Positions 46,221-61,368 of a stretch of DNA of 64,000 nt are shown here, one piece after another (position 1 is the first letter of the stretch; the number at the start of each line of letters is the position of its first letter). This DNA comes from the human T2T-CHM13v2.0 reference genome, Homo sapiens. A program made the position numbers and the translations under genes. The stretch lies in the NCBI RefSeq assembly GCF_009914755.1, contig NC_060937.1; one strand, 5' to 3'. The notes below the pieces were generated by a model. That model did no database searches. It was not told the DNA's origin and worked only from the letters and a program-made list of their open reading frames with translations.

Positions 46221-48830
46221 GTCAGTCATACTCAATACCCCCAGAGTTGGGGAACTGAGAGGTACGTTCTCATAACTGCCATTAAGGAGGAATAACCTCC
46301 TTATAGATGGAAATCGTGTCTAATATTCTTTTTTTCTTCCATAGCAAACTGCAAAGTGCCACATTCAAGGACATACATACATAAATTCATACATACACAG
46401 CTACAAATAAATAGATCACAAGGTAATAAATAAGCATTTAGTTTTACTTTCAACTTGCTCTTTTTTTTTAATATGCTCTTTTTTAAAGAATAGAGTTCTA
46501 CAAGTGTGGCTATGTTGCCTCTACTAAGAAAACTACTTTACTCATCTTATTTCACTTCATTTTCCTAAATTCCTGCATTTCTTTATTTGTATTTGAGAAA
46601 TCCATAAACAAAACACATAAATTACCACTATAGGGCCAAAAAGCTGCCTTAATGGCTTGAAACAATAATTTCATATCTCTAACATGCAATGGACCATTAT
46701 ATACTCTCAAGGAGTCATAGAAACAAAAAGGAGACTAGAGTTTATCTGAGATATTTCACTAAAGTACATACCATCGTTTGAACTTGCATAATATTGTAAG
46801 TGTTCCTTATTTTTGTATATTTTGTGTCCCTTACTTTTTGCTTAATCTACATGTAGAGGTCATGACAGTATCACTTAGATTCTTACTGCATACTTCCCAC
46901 ACTTTCATTAAACTAATTATCTCAAAATATAATTAGCTAATTACTGAGAAAGGTAGATAATGATAGTGAGTGGAATGTAAGATAAGCATTAATGAACAAC
47001 AGGATCCAAATATTCCAGTCAGGGAGAAGACATTCAGAGTTGGCAGAGAGACAAGGAATATTCAATAACCTTTTGATCAGTTGCACTTGAATCAGAACTA
47101 ACAATGCTACCCTGTGTTACTGCAACTGGGTAGGAATCCAAGTCCTCAATTTTTTAAATCCTAACAAAGCTCCTTTACATTTCAGTGATACTGAATGATG
47201 TACTAAATTATCCTAGTGCAGACCGGTTGCAATTTGTCAACTGGACTTTTCAGTCTTTCTCATTTATATTTATTTATTTATTTATTTATTTTGCTTTTTT
47301 AGAAAGTATTATGTGAAAAAGATTTGTTGTCATTTGTAGCCAGTGTCAAAGCAACATAATTTATTATAATGAAGTTCAACATGTTTCTGAAGGGCCAACA
47401 TTCCAAACTTTAAATTGTTCACAAGATGGTAAGGGCATATTTGTTTAAAATGAAAAAGATCAGGTTGAAAATCGATTTTTAATTAACTGGATCTGGATCA
47501 GAGAACTTTGCAAATGAAAATACAGTAGGGCATCTAATCAGATAGGTTATTTACCCAGAATAATTGAATCCACGCTACAGCAAAGTCCTTAAAATGTGGC
47601 TTTGCTGCAATATATTTTAGTTCTCTGAGTGTGTTCAACTGTCTACAGCATGGAACTAATGTAACATGTAGCATGGATAAAATCCCTGCATGAATCATCA
47701 GTCTCATCTGGAGAAAAGCCATGCCAAGAGCAAGACCAGCCATGACATCTCACTTTTCTGTAATAATTGGATTGGTATTTGGAGTAGCATAACCTCAAAA
47801 CTCTCCACACAATGTGTTTATCATACAACTTTGGAGCAATTCACTTGCCTAAATTCCCCATTAGAGTGTGGGCTCCTTTTGAGGAGAGATTTATCCCCTG
47901 ACTAATACCTAATAGGCCCTCAGTAAATGTTCATGATTTAATCTGTAAACAGTGCAGAACACTAAGACCAATTTAGTTCAATATATTATTTATTTATGCT
48001 GTACAAGGCATAGAGCTGGCGACAAATAAAAGGGAAACCATGGATATCGTCTGGGAATGTATAATCTTCTTGGAAAATAAGACAGGCACCCATGAAACAT
48101 TTACAACCAAATAAGGTGGTTTGTAAACTTTATGTTTTAATGAGTGATACAAACAGTGAATGCTGGCAGAATTCAGAGAAAGAAGAAATCTGTGTTGGTA
48201 GAGTGACAGGCAAGCATAAACACCATCATTAGAAAGGCAAAGGAGAAAAGAGGGCATCCACTGGGTGGAATAAGGTAAGTCTGACACATTCACAGGACAG
48301 ATGGGAAATGGGGCTGCCTGGAGTGGATGATTCACAATGAGGAGTAAAGACAGCAAAGGTGGAGGGGTAAGGCTAGAAATAAATGAGAAAAGCCTTGAAG
48401 CCATTGTGAGAAGTATGAATAGTGTAATGGAGAAAAACACTGAGCTAAATCAGGAGATCTTGTTCTAGGCCTTCCTTTGGCCCTGTTTGCTGCTCTAACA
48501 AGTGCACTGCATTGACTTCAGTTTCCTCATACATGAATCGAGACAGACCAAAAGACTCAAAGTTCTAGGCAAGATAGAGTCCTGGGCAGAGAAGGTACGA
48601 GCAAGGAAATGCCACGAGGAGTGAAAGGTTTGGGTAAGACCAGTCTGATGCACAGAAATGGCCTGGGTAATGGCCAAGGAAGTGTTTGCAACAGCAAACC
48701 AATTACCAGAAGACAAAGTTTTAATATAAGGAGCAAGTAGAAGAAATGGAAATGTAAGAAATATTTGAAGGCATCATTAATCAGACTCAATGACTTGTAG
48801 AAGGACTGACTTAAAAATAATGGCATTGCT

Positions 48831-49150
<320 letters not shown>

Positions 49151-49558
49151 CTAGGTGACTAAATATTAGAGTCTAATTAGAAAAAAATATATATTAAGGG
49201 CAAAGCCAGTGTGAAATGCAACCACACAAGTTTGCTTTGGCTCTATCCACCCTAAATACCTTCCCTCCACTGTAAGAACCACCTTTTAGTTTCAGCCTTA
49301 GGTTCCACAGCAAGAACCTCTGGAGTGTGAACTTGCTGAGGATCCTTAATAGCCACTCCTATTTCCCCATGGCTCATGTGTGGGTTTCCAACACACCACC
49401 TCCTCCTGTGTTCCTCACATCTGGGCTTTCTTCCAGATCTGTTCAGCTTCCCATACCAGTTGCTCTTTTGAGGCTTTTCTGCTATTTTAGATCTCCATTC
49501 TCAAGTGAATGAAATCTGACTGAAAATGAATGCTTTCTCAAGAAAATTACTATGGTTT

Positions 49559-50095
49559 TGTTGCAGGATGGGCAAGCCCAAGTTGGGGCTTAGCCAGGGA
49601 GGGTTTTTGGCTTTACCCAGGAACGAATTCAAGGGTAAGCCAGTGGTGTTAGAGAGCACTTTTTCACTGAATGGTACTGCCCCTTGTAGAGCAGGGCTAA
49701 CTCGGAGGCAGTGCGCCCAGAGTTGGCCACATATGGGCTCTTGGTAACCGCATTTATAGTCACGTAAATCCACTTCCAATTGCATGCAAATTAAGGGGTA
49801 GGTTGATACAAATTGAGGAGTGGGTTATTTAGAACTTTCTAGAAATGGGGTGGTAATGCCAAGGTTGTTGCCATGAAAAGGGGTGGTAACTCCAGGTCAT
49901 TGCCATGACACTTGTAAACTGTCATGGTGCTGATAGGAGTGTCTTATGCTAATGAGCAATGAGCACCTTGGGATCTCTTTTTTCATCATCTGCTGGTTCC
50001 TGACAGTTTCTTCATTTCATCCTGTCTAGACCAGATCCTGTTTTGGTCAGCAGAATTCTGACCAGAAAACAAGTGCTGCTGGTCTCCTACCTCCA
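49559..50095 (-). mobile_element. MER41-family (C/D-like) ERV1 solo LTR
   Basis: - strand start GAGGTAGGAGACCAGCAGCACTTGTTTTCTGGTC; CATTAGCATAAGACACTCC..CAGCACCATGACAGTTTACAA motif. Confidence 0.7.
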
Positions 50096-50152
50096 TTTGA
50101 TAAGTAAGTAGGAATACTGGGTACTTGATCATCACAACAATCTTTGAGATAT

Positions 50153-50907
50153 TGTATTATGCTTCTCTTGCTGCGTGGTAAATTACCACAATTGTAGTGA
50201 CTTGAAGCCATGGCCATTTATTAGCTCACAGTTCTGTGGGTCAGAAGTCTGTGACTGAGTTCTCTATTCAGGTTCTTACAAGACTGAAATTGAGGTGTTG
50301 GCCAAATGGAGTTGTTATCTGGAAGCTTTGGGGAAAATTCCACTTCTAAGCTATTCAGGATAGTGGAAGAATTCAGCTACTTGTGGCGGTGGGATTGATG
50401 TCCACGTTTCCTTGATGGTTGTCAGCCGAGGGTTTTCTAGCTCCTAGAGGCCACCCAGGGCCATTGTGTGGTCCTTGAGGCCACATACATTTTTGTCAAT
50501 CGGGCTGGTATGCGGTGGTGTGATCATAGTTCACTGCTGCCTTGCATTCCTGGGCTCAAGTGATCCTCCTGCCTCAGCCTCACAAGTAGCTGGGGCCACA
50601 GGCGTGTGCCACTGCACCCAGCTAATTTTTAATTTTTTTTGTAGAGACAGGATCTTGCCATGTTGTCCAGGCTGGTCTCAAACTCCTGGGCTCAAGCAAT
50701 CCTCCTACTCAGCCTCCTGAAGTACTAGGATTATAGGTGTGAGCCACCGCACCTGGCCTATCTTCCTTTTTAAAGGTCAACTGTACCATAGAACATAATA
50801 TAATTACAGACCGAAATCTTCGTATTCACAAATCCAGGGGCTATACAGGCTACATGCACCAGAGGGCAGAGAACATTGAGGGCCATCTCAGAATTTTGCC
50901 TAGCACC
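50153..50907 (-). mobile_element. MLT1D-like LTR interrupted by Alu
   Basis: ATTTATTAGCTCACAGTTCTGTGGGTCAGAAGTC...GGCCATCTCAGAATTTTGCCTA. Confidence 0.8.
50490..50758 (-). mobile_element. AluJ lacking its tail
   Basis: CCTGGGCTCAAGTGATCCTCC AluJ motifs; the 3' end and poly(A) are missing. Confidence 0.92.
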
Positions 50908-52267
50908 GGCATATGATGGAGGAGACCCAAAGCTGTCCTAGACATTTTCAGATATTTCATTCAAAGGCTGATATTTCCATGATGTTTATTAATGAGTAAT
51001 TTAATTTAGTATTTAAGAGCATGAGATCTGGGGTCTGCCTCCCCAGAGGCATTTTGCCTCTGTCACTCATCCGATATGTGGTCCTAATCAAGATCCTTAT
51101 AGCCTTCCCAAATTTGGTTTTTCACATCATCAAGATATGGAGATAAATAATACTTGGTTTATATATATGTTATAAAGATGAAATGAAATAATTCATGTAA
51201 AGCTTTAACACAAATTCCTGGTTCTCAGATGGTCGACTGGCTCATAAATGGTGGCCTTTTCTTTTTCTCTTTTTCTAAATGAGACTCGGAGATATTACTT
51301 TTTCCAAAACTGCACAACCACTAAGCGGAGGACCTGAGAATCAATTCCTAAATCTCTCTGGCTTCAGAACCTACCCTTAGGCTGCCAGGCTACTCAAGGT
51401 TTCTTCATAGCCTCCTGCAATAACTCAGAAACATTACATCTTTATTGATTCATCAATTAACATAGAAGGCATCAAAAACAGCTTTGATGTACTCCCAGCT
51501 TCAAATATACCAGTTTTTCTGCATCTGACTTTTATACCCTTACAGCTCCTCCTTGCACATGGGGTGAACTATCTAAGGCAACCACTTCACCTGTACGGGT
51601 TCATAGCTCTTCTCACCAAATAAAGGAGCACTCCTGTAATTATCCCCTCTTTTCTGCACCTTTAATCATTCCCACACTTGAGGATCACTTCCTTTAGCAT
51701 ACACACACACTGATATAGCTCCTACCTTCAAAGCAAAAGCCTCCCTCTCCCTGTGTCTGCTTCAGAAAGTTAAAACCTCTACTTCTTATCTGTCTCAATA
51801 AACAGCAGCTCCATTTTTCCAGTTGCCTTCACCAAAAACCTGGAGTTATCTTTAATGCCTCCCTTTCCCTCATACTCCACATTTATCAGCAAATTCTGAC
51901 AGCTCCAACTCAAATATAAACCAAATCTGGCTATGCCCACTACCGCCATCACCACCACCTCAGTACAAGGACCTCCCATAGCCAGTGAAATCCAAAGTTA
52001 TTGTCAGGTTTTACAAGGTTCTTCATTATCTGACACCAGGTTTCCTCTCCAGCCATATCTCCAACCACACTCTGCTGCTCTTGTTCATGCACTCCAGCCT
52101 CACGCCTGTTCCTGGAAAACACCAAGCAAACTTCTGCTTCCATGCCCTTCACATTAACTGCCCTCTGAAGGAGATGTCCTTCCACAAACACACACAGATA
52201 CCCTTCCCCTCATCCACTTCATTCAGATTCTGCCTCAATTGTATCTCCTTGGAAAGGCCTTCATCAC

Positions 52268-52585
52268 TTTTATTTATTTATTCATTTATTTATTTTTGGT
52301 AGGATCTCACGCCGTCACCCAGGCTGGAGTGCAATAGCACAATCTTAGCTCACAGCACCCTCCAACTCCTGGGCTCAAGTGATCCTTCCACTTCAACCTC
52401 CAGAGTAGCTGGGATTATAGGAATGTGCTACCATACCTGGCTAATTTTTTTTTTTTTTAATGTTTCGTAGAGATGAGGTCTTGCTGTGTTGCCCAGCCTG
52501 GTCTCAAACTCCTGAGCTGAGAAGATCCTTTTGCCTCAGCCTCCCAAAGTGCTGATATTACAGGCATGAGCCACCCTGCCTGGCC
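52268..52585 (-). mobile_element. AluJ
   Basis: Antisense dimeric Alu with (TTTA)n tail. Confidence 0.95.
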
Positions 52586-52698
52586 CCCTCTTTCTTTTCT
52601 CCTTCTTTCTTATTACCAAGTATTACTAATGTCCCTGCATATTTTTAATTCAATGTGCTATAATTAAGTACCATCATCTTTTATTTCAAATTATCATG

Positions 52699-52788
52699 AG
52701 CTGGTCTCAAACTCCTGGGTTCAGGCAATCCTCCCGCCTCAGCCTCCCAAAGTGCTGGAACGACAGGCATGAGCCGCCACACCTGGCC
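52699..52788 (-). mobile_element. Alu left-arm 5' fragment (~90 bp)
   Basis: GCTGGTCTCAAACTCCTGGG...CACACCTGGCC with no linker, right arm or tail. Confidence 0.9.
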
Positions 52789-54957
52789 TCCATCATTCTT
52801 TATCACATGTACTTAACTAAGTTATATATGTTACATACTTATTTGTTTATTAATATTTTTAGCTTTTTTTAATACAAATTATTTTGTATTCACTTTCTCA
52901 CTTATGTATTTATTTGTTGACTTGCCTGTCTTTGCCCCACTAAAATGGAAGCTCCATGAGAGGCAGGGGAAGTTTCTGCCTTGCTCAATGCTCTATCGTT
53001 TGTGTCCAGAATACACAAGTGCTTGGCACTTCATAAATATCCCAACATATTTGTAAAGTAAACAATGTAAAGGTTTTCCTTTCATCCTGAAATCATTCCG
53101 TCTGCCCTCATCCACAGGTGTGGATTAAGATGCAGCAGGCTTTGTGCTAGCTCCTGGGCTTGTAAGAGTAAATAAAATACACATGGTTCCTGTTCTTTTG
53201 AAATTTAAGACTAGTAAAAGACATAGACGAAGAAATAAGCAATGAAAGTCTAATTTTGTGCTATAATAGGGGAAGGGTGGTATGACTTAGGAACACACAA
53301 ACGTGGCATCTCTCTGAAGACGGAAGAATTGTTCCTGCAAGAATTGGCAGATAAGTTGAGATCTGAAGGAAGAGTAAAGGTTGAGGGAATGGTATTGGTA
53401 GGGGTGATGATAGAGATTATTTTTCTATTTGTACTTAGAGAGTACAAAAATTCAAACAAACTGGTTTTGAAGGTACTCAAATTTTACCCAAAAACTAATC
53501 CATAAATCATTGATCTGACGAAGAAAAGTATATGTAATTTTACTTGAAACCTTCATTTTATACTTCAATAAAAGATACTCTGATGTTTTGGGGGTTTTTG
53601 AAGGTCAACTTACAAATTAGCTTTTATTTTTACTTTGAATAGGATAATGTTGTATGCTACTAAATCCATTTAATTCAATAGGAAGTTACTAAACACGTAG
53701 CATGTGGATAAAGGTAGTCAGGATGCCATCTCCCCAGGAATGTATAATTTTGTAGAGATGGTAAGGCCTATTTGCAGATAATTAAAATACAAAACAATAA
53801 ATGAATAGATGTACTTTAGGAGTGGTTCAAAATGCTGTGAAAGTGAAGAAGCCCAAGATAAGAGATTATTGATTGCCTCCATTGAGTTTACCACATATGC
53901 AAATAGAGAAAAATCTCATTACTAAAGGCTTCAGGAAGTTAAAAGAATTTTTTAAATCCCTAGAAGTCACTGGAGACTCAAGGCAAAATATATTCTTCAG
54001 AGGAGAGGTCAGGAATGTAAAAAAGAGAATTAAGAAAAAGATGATACAAGTAGCTTTTTCTCTTTCTACTGAGACCAAAGTTGGAATTTCAATAATGAGT
54101 TAAAAAAGCAAAAGTGTTATCTTGTTTATATTTTAAGCTAAAGTGAAAAGTAGTTCATTAATCTTCACCTATAACTATCAAAGATAAAGTGTTAGGTTAT
54201 ATGGACATTCTCATGTAAGAACCCCAGTGCTGGCTCTGTTGTTTATATACAATTTTCCAACAAAATGTACACAAAATAATCCAAAAGCATAAGTGAACAA
54301 CTTTTATGATATATTTTTTACTGTTGACTATAATGTTTTAAGAACTCAATTCCCCTATTATCTTTCCTTATCCCACAGTAATGTATAAATTAGAAACCTA
54401 ACCATACTTAGTAAAATGAGACTTTCAGTGTATGGAATATAATTCCTCAGATTTTTAGCAGGACAGTTTTCTTCATTTCCAAGAAGAGTTATATGAAAAT
54501 TGTAATATCAGATTTTGGGTTGATTCCTTATAACATAGTGCCATCTAGAGATTAAAGCTGATGTTGCTACAAGCTACATTAAACACAACCAGCTTCTAAA
54601 GTATAACATTATATTTTATAGCTAATGAGTATAGCAGAGTAGGTTAAGTTTTCATTAAAGTATATCTACATGGAGTATATTTTAAATAAATTAATGACTA
54701 CTTACACAAATGGATTTGCATTGGCATCTGATATTTGCATTGTGTGGCTTCTCATGTGAGCAGGTGGTATGCCTGTGCTGATACATCTAGCAGTTTAACT
54801 GAGGAAAGTTATATCGAAGTACAAGAATATTAATTCGATCAATTTTTGTAAAAATGCGTAATTGAACTTCTACAAAGAAGAAAGATAGTTTTCATTATAA
54901 ATATGAAATATTCATTAACCACCCACTATGGGTAAATAATGCATTGTAGCTACTAGG

Positions 54958-55531
54958 TGTATTTGTTTCCTGAGGTTGTCATAACAAATTACTGAAAACC
55001 TGGTGGCTTAAAATAGCAGAAATTTACTCTCTCACAGTTCTGAAGGCAAGAAGTTCAAAAGCAAAGTTTTGGCAGACTGCAGTCTCTCTGGAGGCTCTGG
55101 GGGAGAATCCTCCTTCCTTGTTTCTTGCAGCTTCTGGTGGCTTCTGGCAATCTTTGTCTTCCTTGGCTTGTAGCCACATCATTTCCATCTCCGTCTCTCT
55201 TTTCTCCTCACCTCTGTGTTGGGCTGTGGCTGCATGGCTGCAGTCTCTGCTTCTATCTTCACATTTCCTCCTCTCTCTGTGTGTGTCTCTCCTGTCTATG
55301 CATCTCCTCTTTGTATGTCTTACAAGGATCATTTATTGTCCTTCTATTTATTGTCTATCATTCAATTTGGTGCCTGTCTAAATAATCCAGGATGATATCT
55401 TCATTTTTAAGACCCTTAACTTAATTACATCTACAAAGACCCTTTCTCAAAATATGGTAACATTCACATGTTCCAGGGATTTAATGTGGACATATCTTTT
55501 GTGGAGGAGGGCCACCATTCAACCCACTACA
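54958..55531 (-). mobile_element. MLT1B/C-like LTR
   Basis: TGGTGGCTTAAAATAGCAGAAATTTACTCTCTCACAGTTCTG...CCATTCAACCCACTACA. Confidence 0.85.
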
Positions 55532-55536
55532 CCATG

Positions 55537-55822
55537 TTTTTTGAGACAGGGTCTCACTTTGTCACCCAGGCTGGATGGAGTGCAGTGGTAGAAACATGCC
55601 TCACTGCAGCCTTGACCTCCCAGGCTCAATCAATCCCCCGACCTCAGCCTCCTGAGTAGCTGGGACTACATGCCACCATGCCTAGCTAATGTTTTCAGTT
55701 TTTGTAGAGATGGGGTCTCCTTATGTTGCCCAGGCAGGTCTCGGACTCTAGGGCTCAACCAATCTTCCTGCTTTGGTCTCCCAAAGTGCTGGGATTACAG
55801 GCGTGAACCACTGCACCCAGCC
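55537..55822 (-). mobile_element. AluJ
   Basis: TSD-like TACAC(C/T)ATGTTTTT flanks. Confidence 0.94.
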
Positions 55823-55938
55823 TACACTATGTTTTTAAAAAGAAAGAAAAATCTATAGAAAAATAAATGGTTTCTACTTCAATAAGTTTACAGCATAATT
55901 GGAAATAAGGCTTATATATAGATAACAACTACCTAGAT

Positions 55939-56157
55939 CAGGGTTTCTTAACTGGCACTATTGATTGACACTTGGGGCCCGATAATTCTTTGTTGTGGGG
56001 TGCTGTCCCCATGTTTTTGAACGTTTTGCAGTATCCTTGGCCTCTATTCATTACATGCCAATAGCACACCCCTTCTCAGTTCTGACTATTAAAAATGTCT
56101 CCAGAAATTGCTAAACATCTCCTGGGGAGCAAAGTCCACCTCAGTTAAGAACAAGTG
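55939..56157. mobile_element. MER20 hAT MITE
   Basis: GATAATTCTTTGTTGTGGGG..AAAAATGTCTCCAGA motifs; 8-bp TSD ACCTAGAT/ATCTAGAT. Confidence 0.9.
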
Positions 56158-56479
56158 ATCTAGATTATCATAAGTAAATGTAATAAGATAAAAGTTCAGA
56201 GGAGGAAGCAATCAAAATGGACTGGGATAGTTAAAGAAGGTTTCATGGAAAAAAATGAGAAATGAACTAGTTACTAAATGAAAAAATAGCACTTGAAATT
56301 GGGGAGGGGGTAATGGAAAGCATTACCAGCCTCTAAGATCCTCTTGCTGAGAAGCATTGTGAGCTTGTCAAGACCAATAATCATACGCCTTAACTTTATG
56401 CATCAAGTTCCCAGCACCAGCCCCTGGCACAGAGTAACTCTTAAAAATGTCTTCTGAGTGAGCCAATCAATGATGTTAC

Positions 56480-56835
56480 TGTATTAACCCGTTTTCACAC
56501 TGCTATACAGAAATACCCAAGACTGGGTAATTTATAAAGAAAAGTGGTTTAATTGACTCACAGTTCCACATTTCTGGGGAGGTCTTAGGAAACTTACAGT
56601 CATGGCAGAAGGGGAAGCAGGCACATGTTACATGGCAGCAGGTGAGAAAGAAGAGAGAGCAAAAAGAGGGAAGAGCCCCACACTTATCAAGCAACCAGAT
56701 CTCCTGAGACTTGCTCACTATCACTAGAACAGCTTGGGAGAAATTGTCCCCCAAATCCAACCACCTCCCTCCCTTGACCTGTGGGAATTACAATTCAAGA
56801 TGCGATTTGGGTGGGGATACAGAGCCAAACCGTAT
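56480..56835 (-). mobile_element. THE1/MSTA-type MaLR solo LTR
   Basis: GACTGGGTAATTTATAAAGAAAAG...GATTTGGGTGGGGATACAGAGCCAAACC; flanks GTTAC/GTTAG. Confidence 0.9.
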
Positions 56836-58088
56836 GTTAGATTAGTAGATTGGAGTCTGAGTGTGGAAAATCTTAAAGAAAATCGAAAGGAATCTGAAAG
56901 CTATTCTATTAATTATGAGGAAATCTGGATGGATTTTGAGTAGAAAGATGAACTGAATAAAGCAAGCAGTGGCGTACAGAAAATATTGGAGAGGCCAGAA
57001 ACAAGATCAAGAAAGATCAGCTGAGACATTATTAAAATCGTCTTGCTGTGAAGCAATGAGTTCTAGTACCAAGATGATAACAGTGGGAATTAAAATGAGG
57101 TATCAATGACAAGGAAAAATAACTATGAGTTTCTCATTACTGGTTTTGGAGAAGATGAGAAAAAGGCATAAAGGAAACCTCTTAAGTCAGAATGACAACA
57201 AGGATAGTTTGTTAGTTTGAGAAAATAAGGAAGTCCAGAGAGAAAGAAAAATCTTGAGCATGAGGTGAGGGTACACATACACGTCACTGAGATGCAGGAC
57301 AGATTATTTTTAGGTTAATTTTAGGGTCATCTTTCAACAAAAGTGATAGTAGGTGAGAAAGGAACTAAAATGTAAGATAATTTGTTATCAAATTTAGGAA
57401 TTACTGGCTAGATATTATTCCCATGAAAATTCATAAGACCCTTTGGATCACTAAAAGAGGTCATTTTGCAAAGATTTCTGAAGCCATTAGTTTGAATTCA
57501 AAGTCATTGATTTTATTTCTATTCAACAACTTTCATCTTAGACGCAAAGGGGTGGGGGGCAGTTCCAGATTACTGCATTATTTATACTCTGACAAGCCAG
57601 ACACTCTTTCTTCTCGGTGCAATGATTTTCACGACAAAATGAACTCCAAATCACCAGTTATTTTAACATGGCAAACAAGTTTGAGAAAAAAGTTTATTGT
57701 AAAAACAAAACGAAACAAAGAAACGAGAGAGACTCTAATTTTCAAAATTGATTAAACTAGATTTTTCTCATTGTTGCCATAGTTTATGCAAACTGATTAT
57801 TAATGACTTGAAAAAATAACTGTAAAATTATTTTAGTTAATTTTTCCTTCTTTCTCTTCATTTTCTATTTGGAAATATTTAAGTTGTTGCCCTTCAGAAG
57901 CATTTTAATATTGTAAGTTACAAGTTACCATATATTTTTTGAGATTGCAACGTTGTATACTTAATTAAGAATACAATTTCATTTCAAAAACTAATCACTA
58001 AGCTAGGAATGAGTAAATGAAGAACAGAGGCAACTCAATCTCCAATATGTCTTAAAGGAAATGGGAATATTTTTTACTGTAAAGATGA

Positions 58089-58446
<358 letters not shown>

Positions 58447-58679
58447 GTTTTTAAATCATAACTTGGAGACCCTTTTATAACAGTTTGATAGGTAAAGGCA
58501 ATCCTCTATCTAGCCTACACATTAATTTTACATAAATTAGTGAGGAGAATGCCTGCACCTTTAAGACTTTTGGATGACTAATTTGATGAATAATGTTTCC
58601 TAAATTTGTGAAGTACACAGCCTGCACAAATTGTATGCAGTGGCCATAGGCACATCGCTGAAATTCACACAGAGGTAAT

Positions 58680-59095
58680 TGTGATGGTTAATGTTATGTA
58701 CTGATTCGACTGGGCTACAGGGTGCCCAGATATTTGATTAAAAACCCCCATGTTTCAGGGATAAGGTTAACATTTGAATCAGTAGACTGGGTAAGACAGA
58801 TTGTCCTCTCCAGTGTGGATGGGCTCCTCCAATCCACCAAAGGCCTGGATGGAAGAAAAGGCTGAGCAGGAAAGAACTCACTCTCCCTGCCTGACAGTCT
58901 TCGAGCTGGGACATCAGAGATCACTTGACTTTGGACTCAGACTGGAACTTTCACTGTCAACTCTCCTAGTTCTTAGGCCTTTGGATTGCAGATCTTGGGA
59001 TAAATCAGCCTCCACAACTGCATGAACAAGTACCTAATAATAAATAAATTAATAACGCATTGATTCTGTTTCTCTGAAGAACCCTGATTAACATG
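58680..59095 (+). mobile_element. MLT2-family ERVL solo LTR
   Basis: TGTGATGGTTAATGTTATG...GACTGGGCTACAGGGTGCCCAGATAT...TTCTGTTTCTCTGAAGAACCCTGA; flanks GTAAT/CTAAT. Confidence 0.88.
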
Positions 59096-60354
59096 CTAAT
59101 ATATTAGATCATGCTTTTAAAAAAACACATTTTAGAAAATGTGGCATTGAGTCCATGCATTTATAAACCATAATATAATGGGGATTTTCTATGTAATCAA
59201 ATATTATTAATATCTAGATGAGAAGGGAAATTCTAAAGAAATTAGTAAAGTTTATGTGGAAAGGTTTGTATCAATTAAGAAACACAAAAATTGGATTCTG
59301 ATTATTAGTCTTTCTAATTGTCAAAGTACAGTATGATATAGAAGCATGAACTTTCAATCTTATTATCTTCAAAAATTGAGAGCATTATATTGAAGAAGTT
59401 TAAAAAATCTTGTCTAGTATAGACTTAAAATCTCAGACACATAATGCAGACACAGGTGTATCTAAAAACAACGTGTATCACTGTGTATTTAAATTTTAAT
59501 TTTCTTTTAAATTTTTCATTAGTTATTAAAATTTTCAACCAAATTACTGAGTTCTAACAATTTTGCCTTTTGTGTGACAATATCTAAGAGACTGATTTTC
59601 TTTTCCTTTCTTAATATAATAATTTTAATTAAAGTAAGCACTATAAGGGAGCCTGATTTCTTAAGGTCAGTGTGAAACAGCCACAACAATAAACAAACAG
59701 ATATTGTGGCTACTTAGAGATTTTATGATTTTCCCTGTTTTAAAAAAATTGTGCAGGGAATTTGCAAGGCCCCTAAATACTTCTGAATATGTCATGGATT
59801 TCAAGAGTAAAGCAAGTTTCCGGAAACTTACTTTGCTTGTGGCAGAAGAAATCAGAATTAATTCCCCCACATCATATAGTCCCAAGGAGAATTGCATTCC
59901 CTTGGCTACATGAATTAGTATTTCCTAAGTGTGGATCACAGAACTGAGCCCAAGGTAATTTACACCTAATGTATGTTGAATATTAACATAGATACATCTT
60001 TTAAGTGATTTTAAGGTTCTCGCATGTAATAAAAATGTAAAATGATCAATCGTAATTTTATGTATGCCTTAAAACATTTTTTGTTTGTTTTGGGTTTTCA
60101 TTTTTGGCTTTTGTGGTTTTTGTTTTGTTTTTATTATTTTGTCCTTAGGTAGACATTGTTGAAGGATACCTCAAAGTACCCAGAAGGACAGGAGGAATTG
60201 CAGAACCTCAGGCTGGAGGGTATCCCTCAAAACGAGCAAGACACAGGTGAGCCAGAAGGTGGAACTGGATAAAACTTATAAATAAGATCTGTGGGTTTCT
60301 CAGAGGTTGAAATTTAATAAAAGATAGTATAATAGAGCAGTTCAGAATACAAAC

Positions 60355-61368
<1,014 letters not shown>

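Larger units (their letters stand above)
45387..46283 (-). mobile_element. Old MLT1 (J/K/L-like) LTR, split by THE1 and carrying a 54-bp foreign insert
   Basis: TGTTAGTCTGTGTCCTCCAAG...CAAGACAAGATTAA...GCAAGTCTGATCCCGA motifs. Confidence 0.65.
51460..53060 (+). mobile_element. L2 relics (interrupted by Alus)
   Basis: Pyrimidine-rich L2 body and 3' end (GGAAGCTCCATGAGAGGCAGGG...GCTTGGCAC). Boundaries loose. Confidence 0.65.

Noticed and set aside
47994-48440. 148-aa hydrophobic - strand ORF
   Set aside because: Overlaps degenerate L2-like sequence and has low-complexity composition.
49825-49850. Possible STAT1 GAS site in the MER41-family LTR
   Set aside because: The sequence is TTCTAGAA (N2 spacing), not TTCN3GAA, so an interferon-inducible enhancer is not supported.
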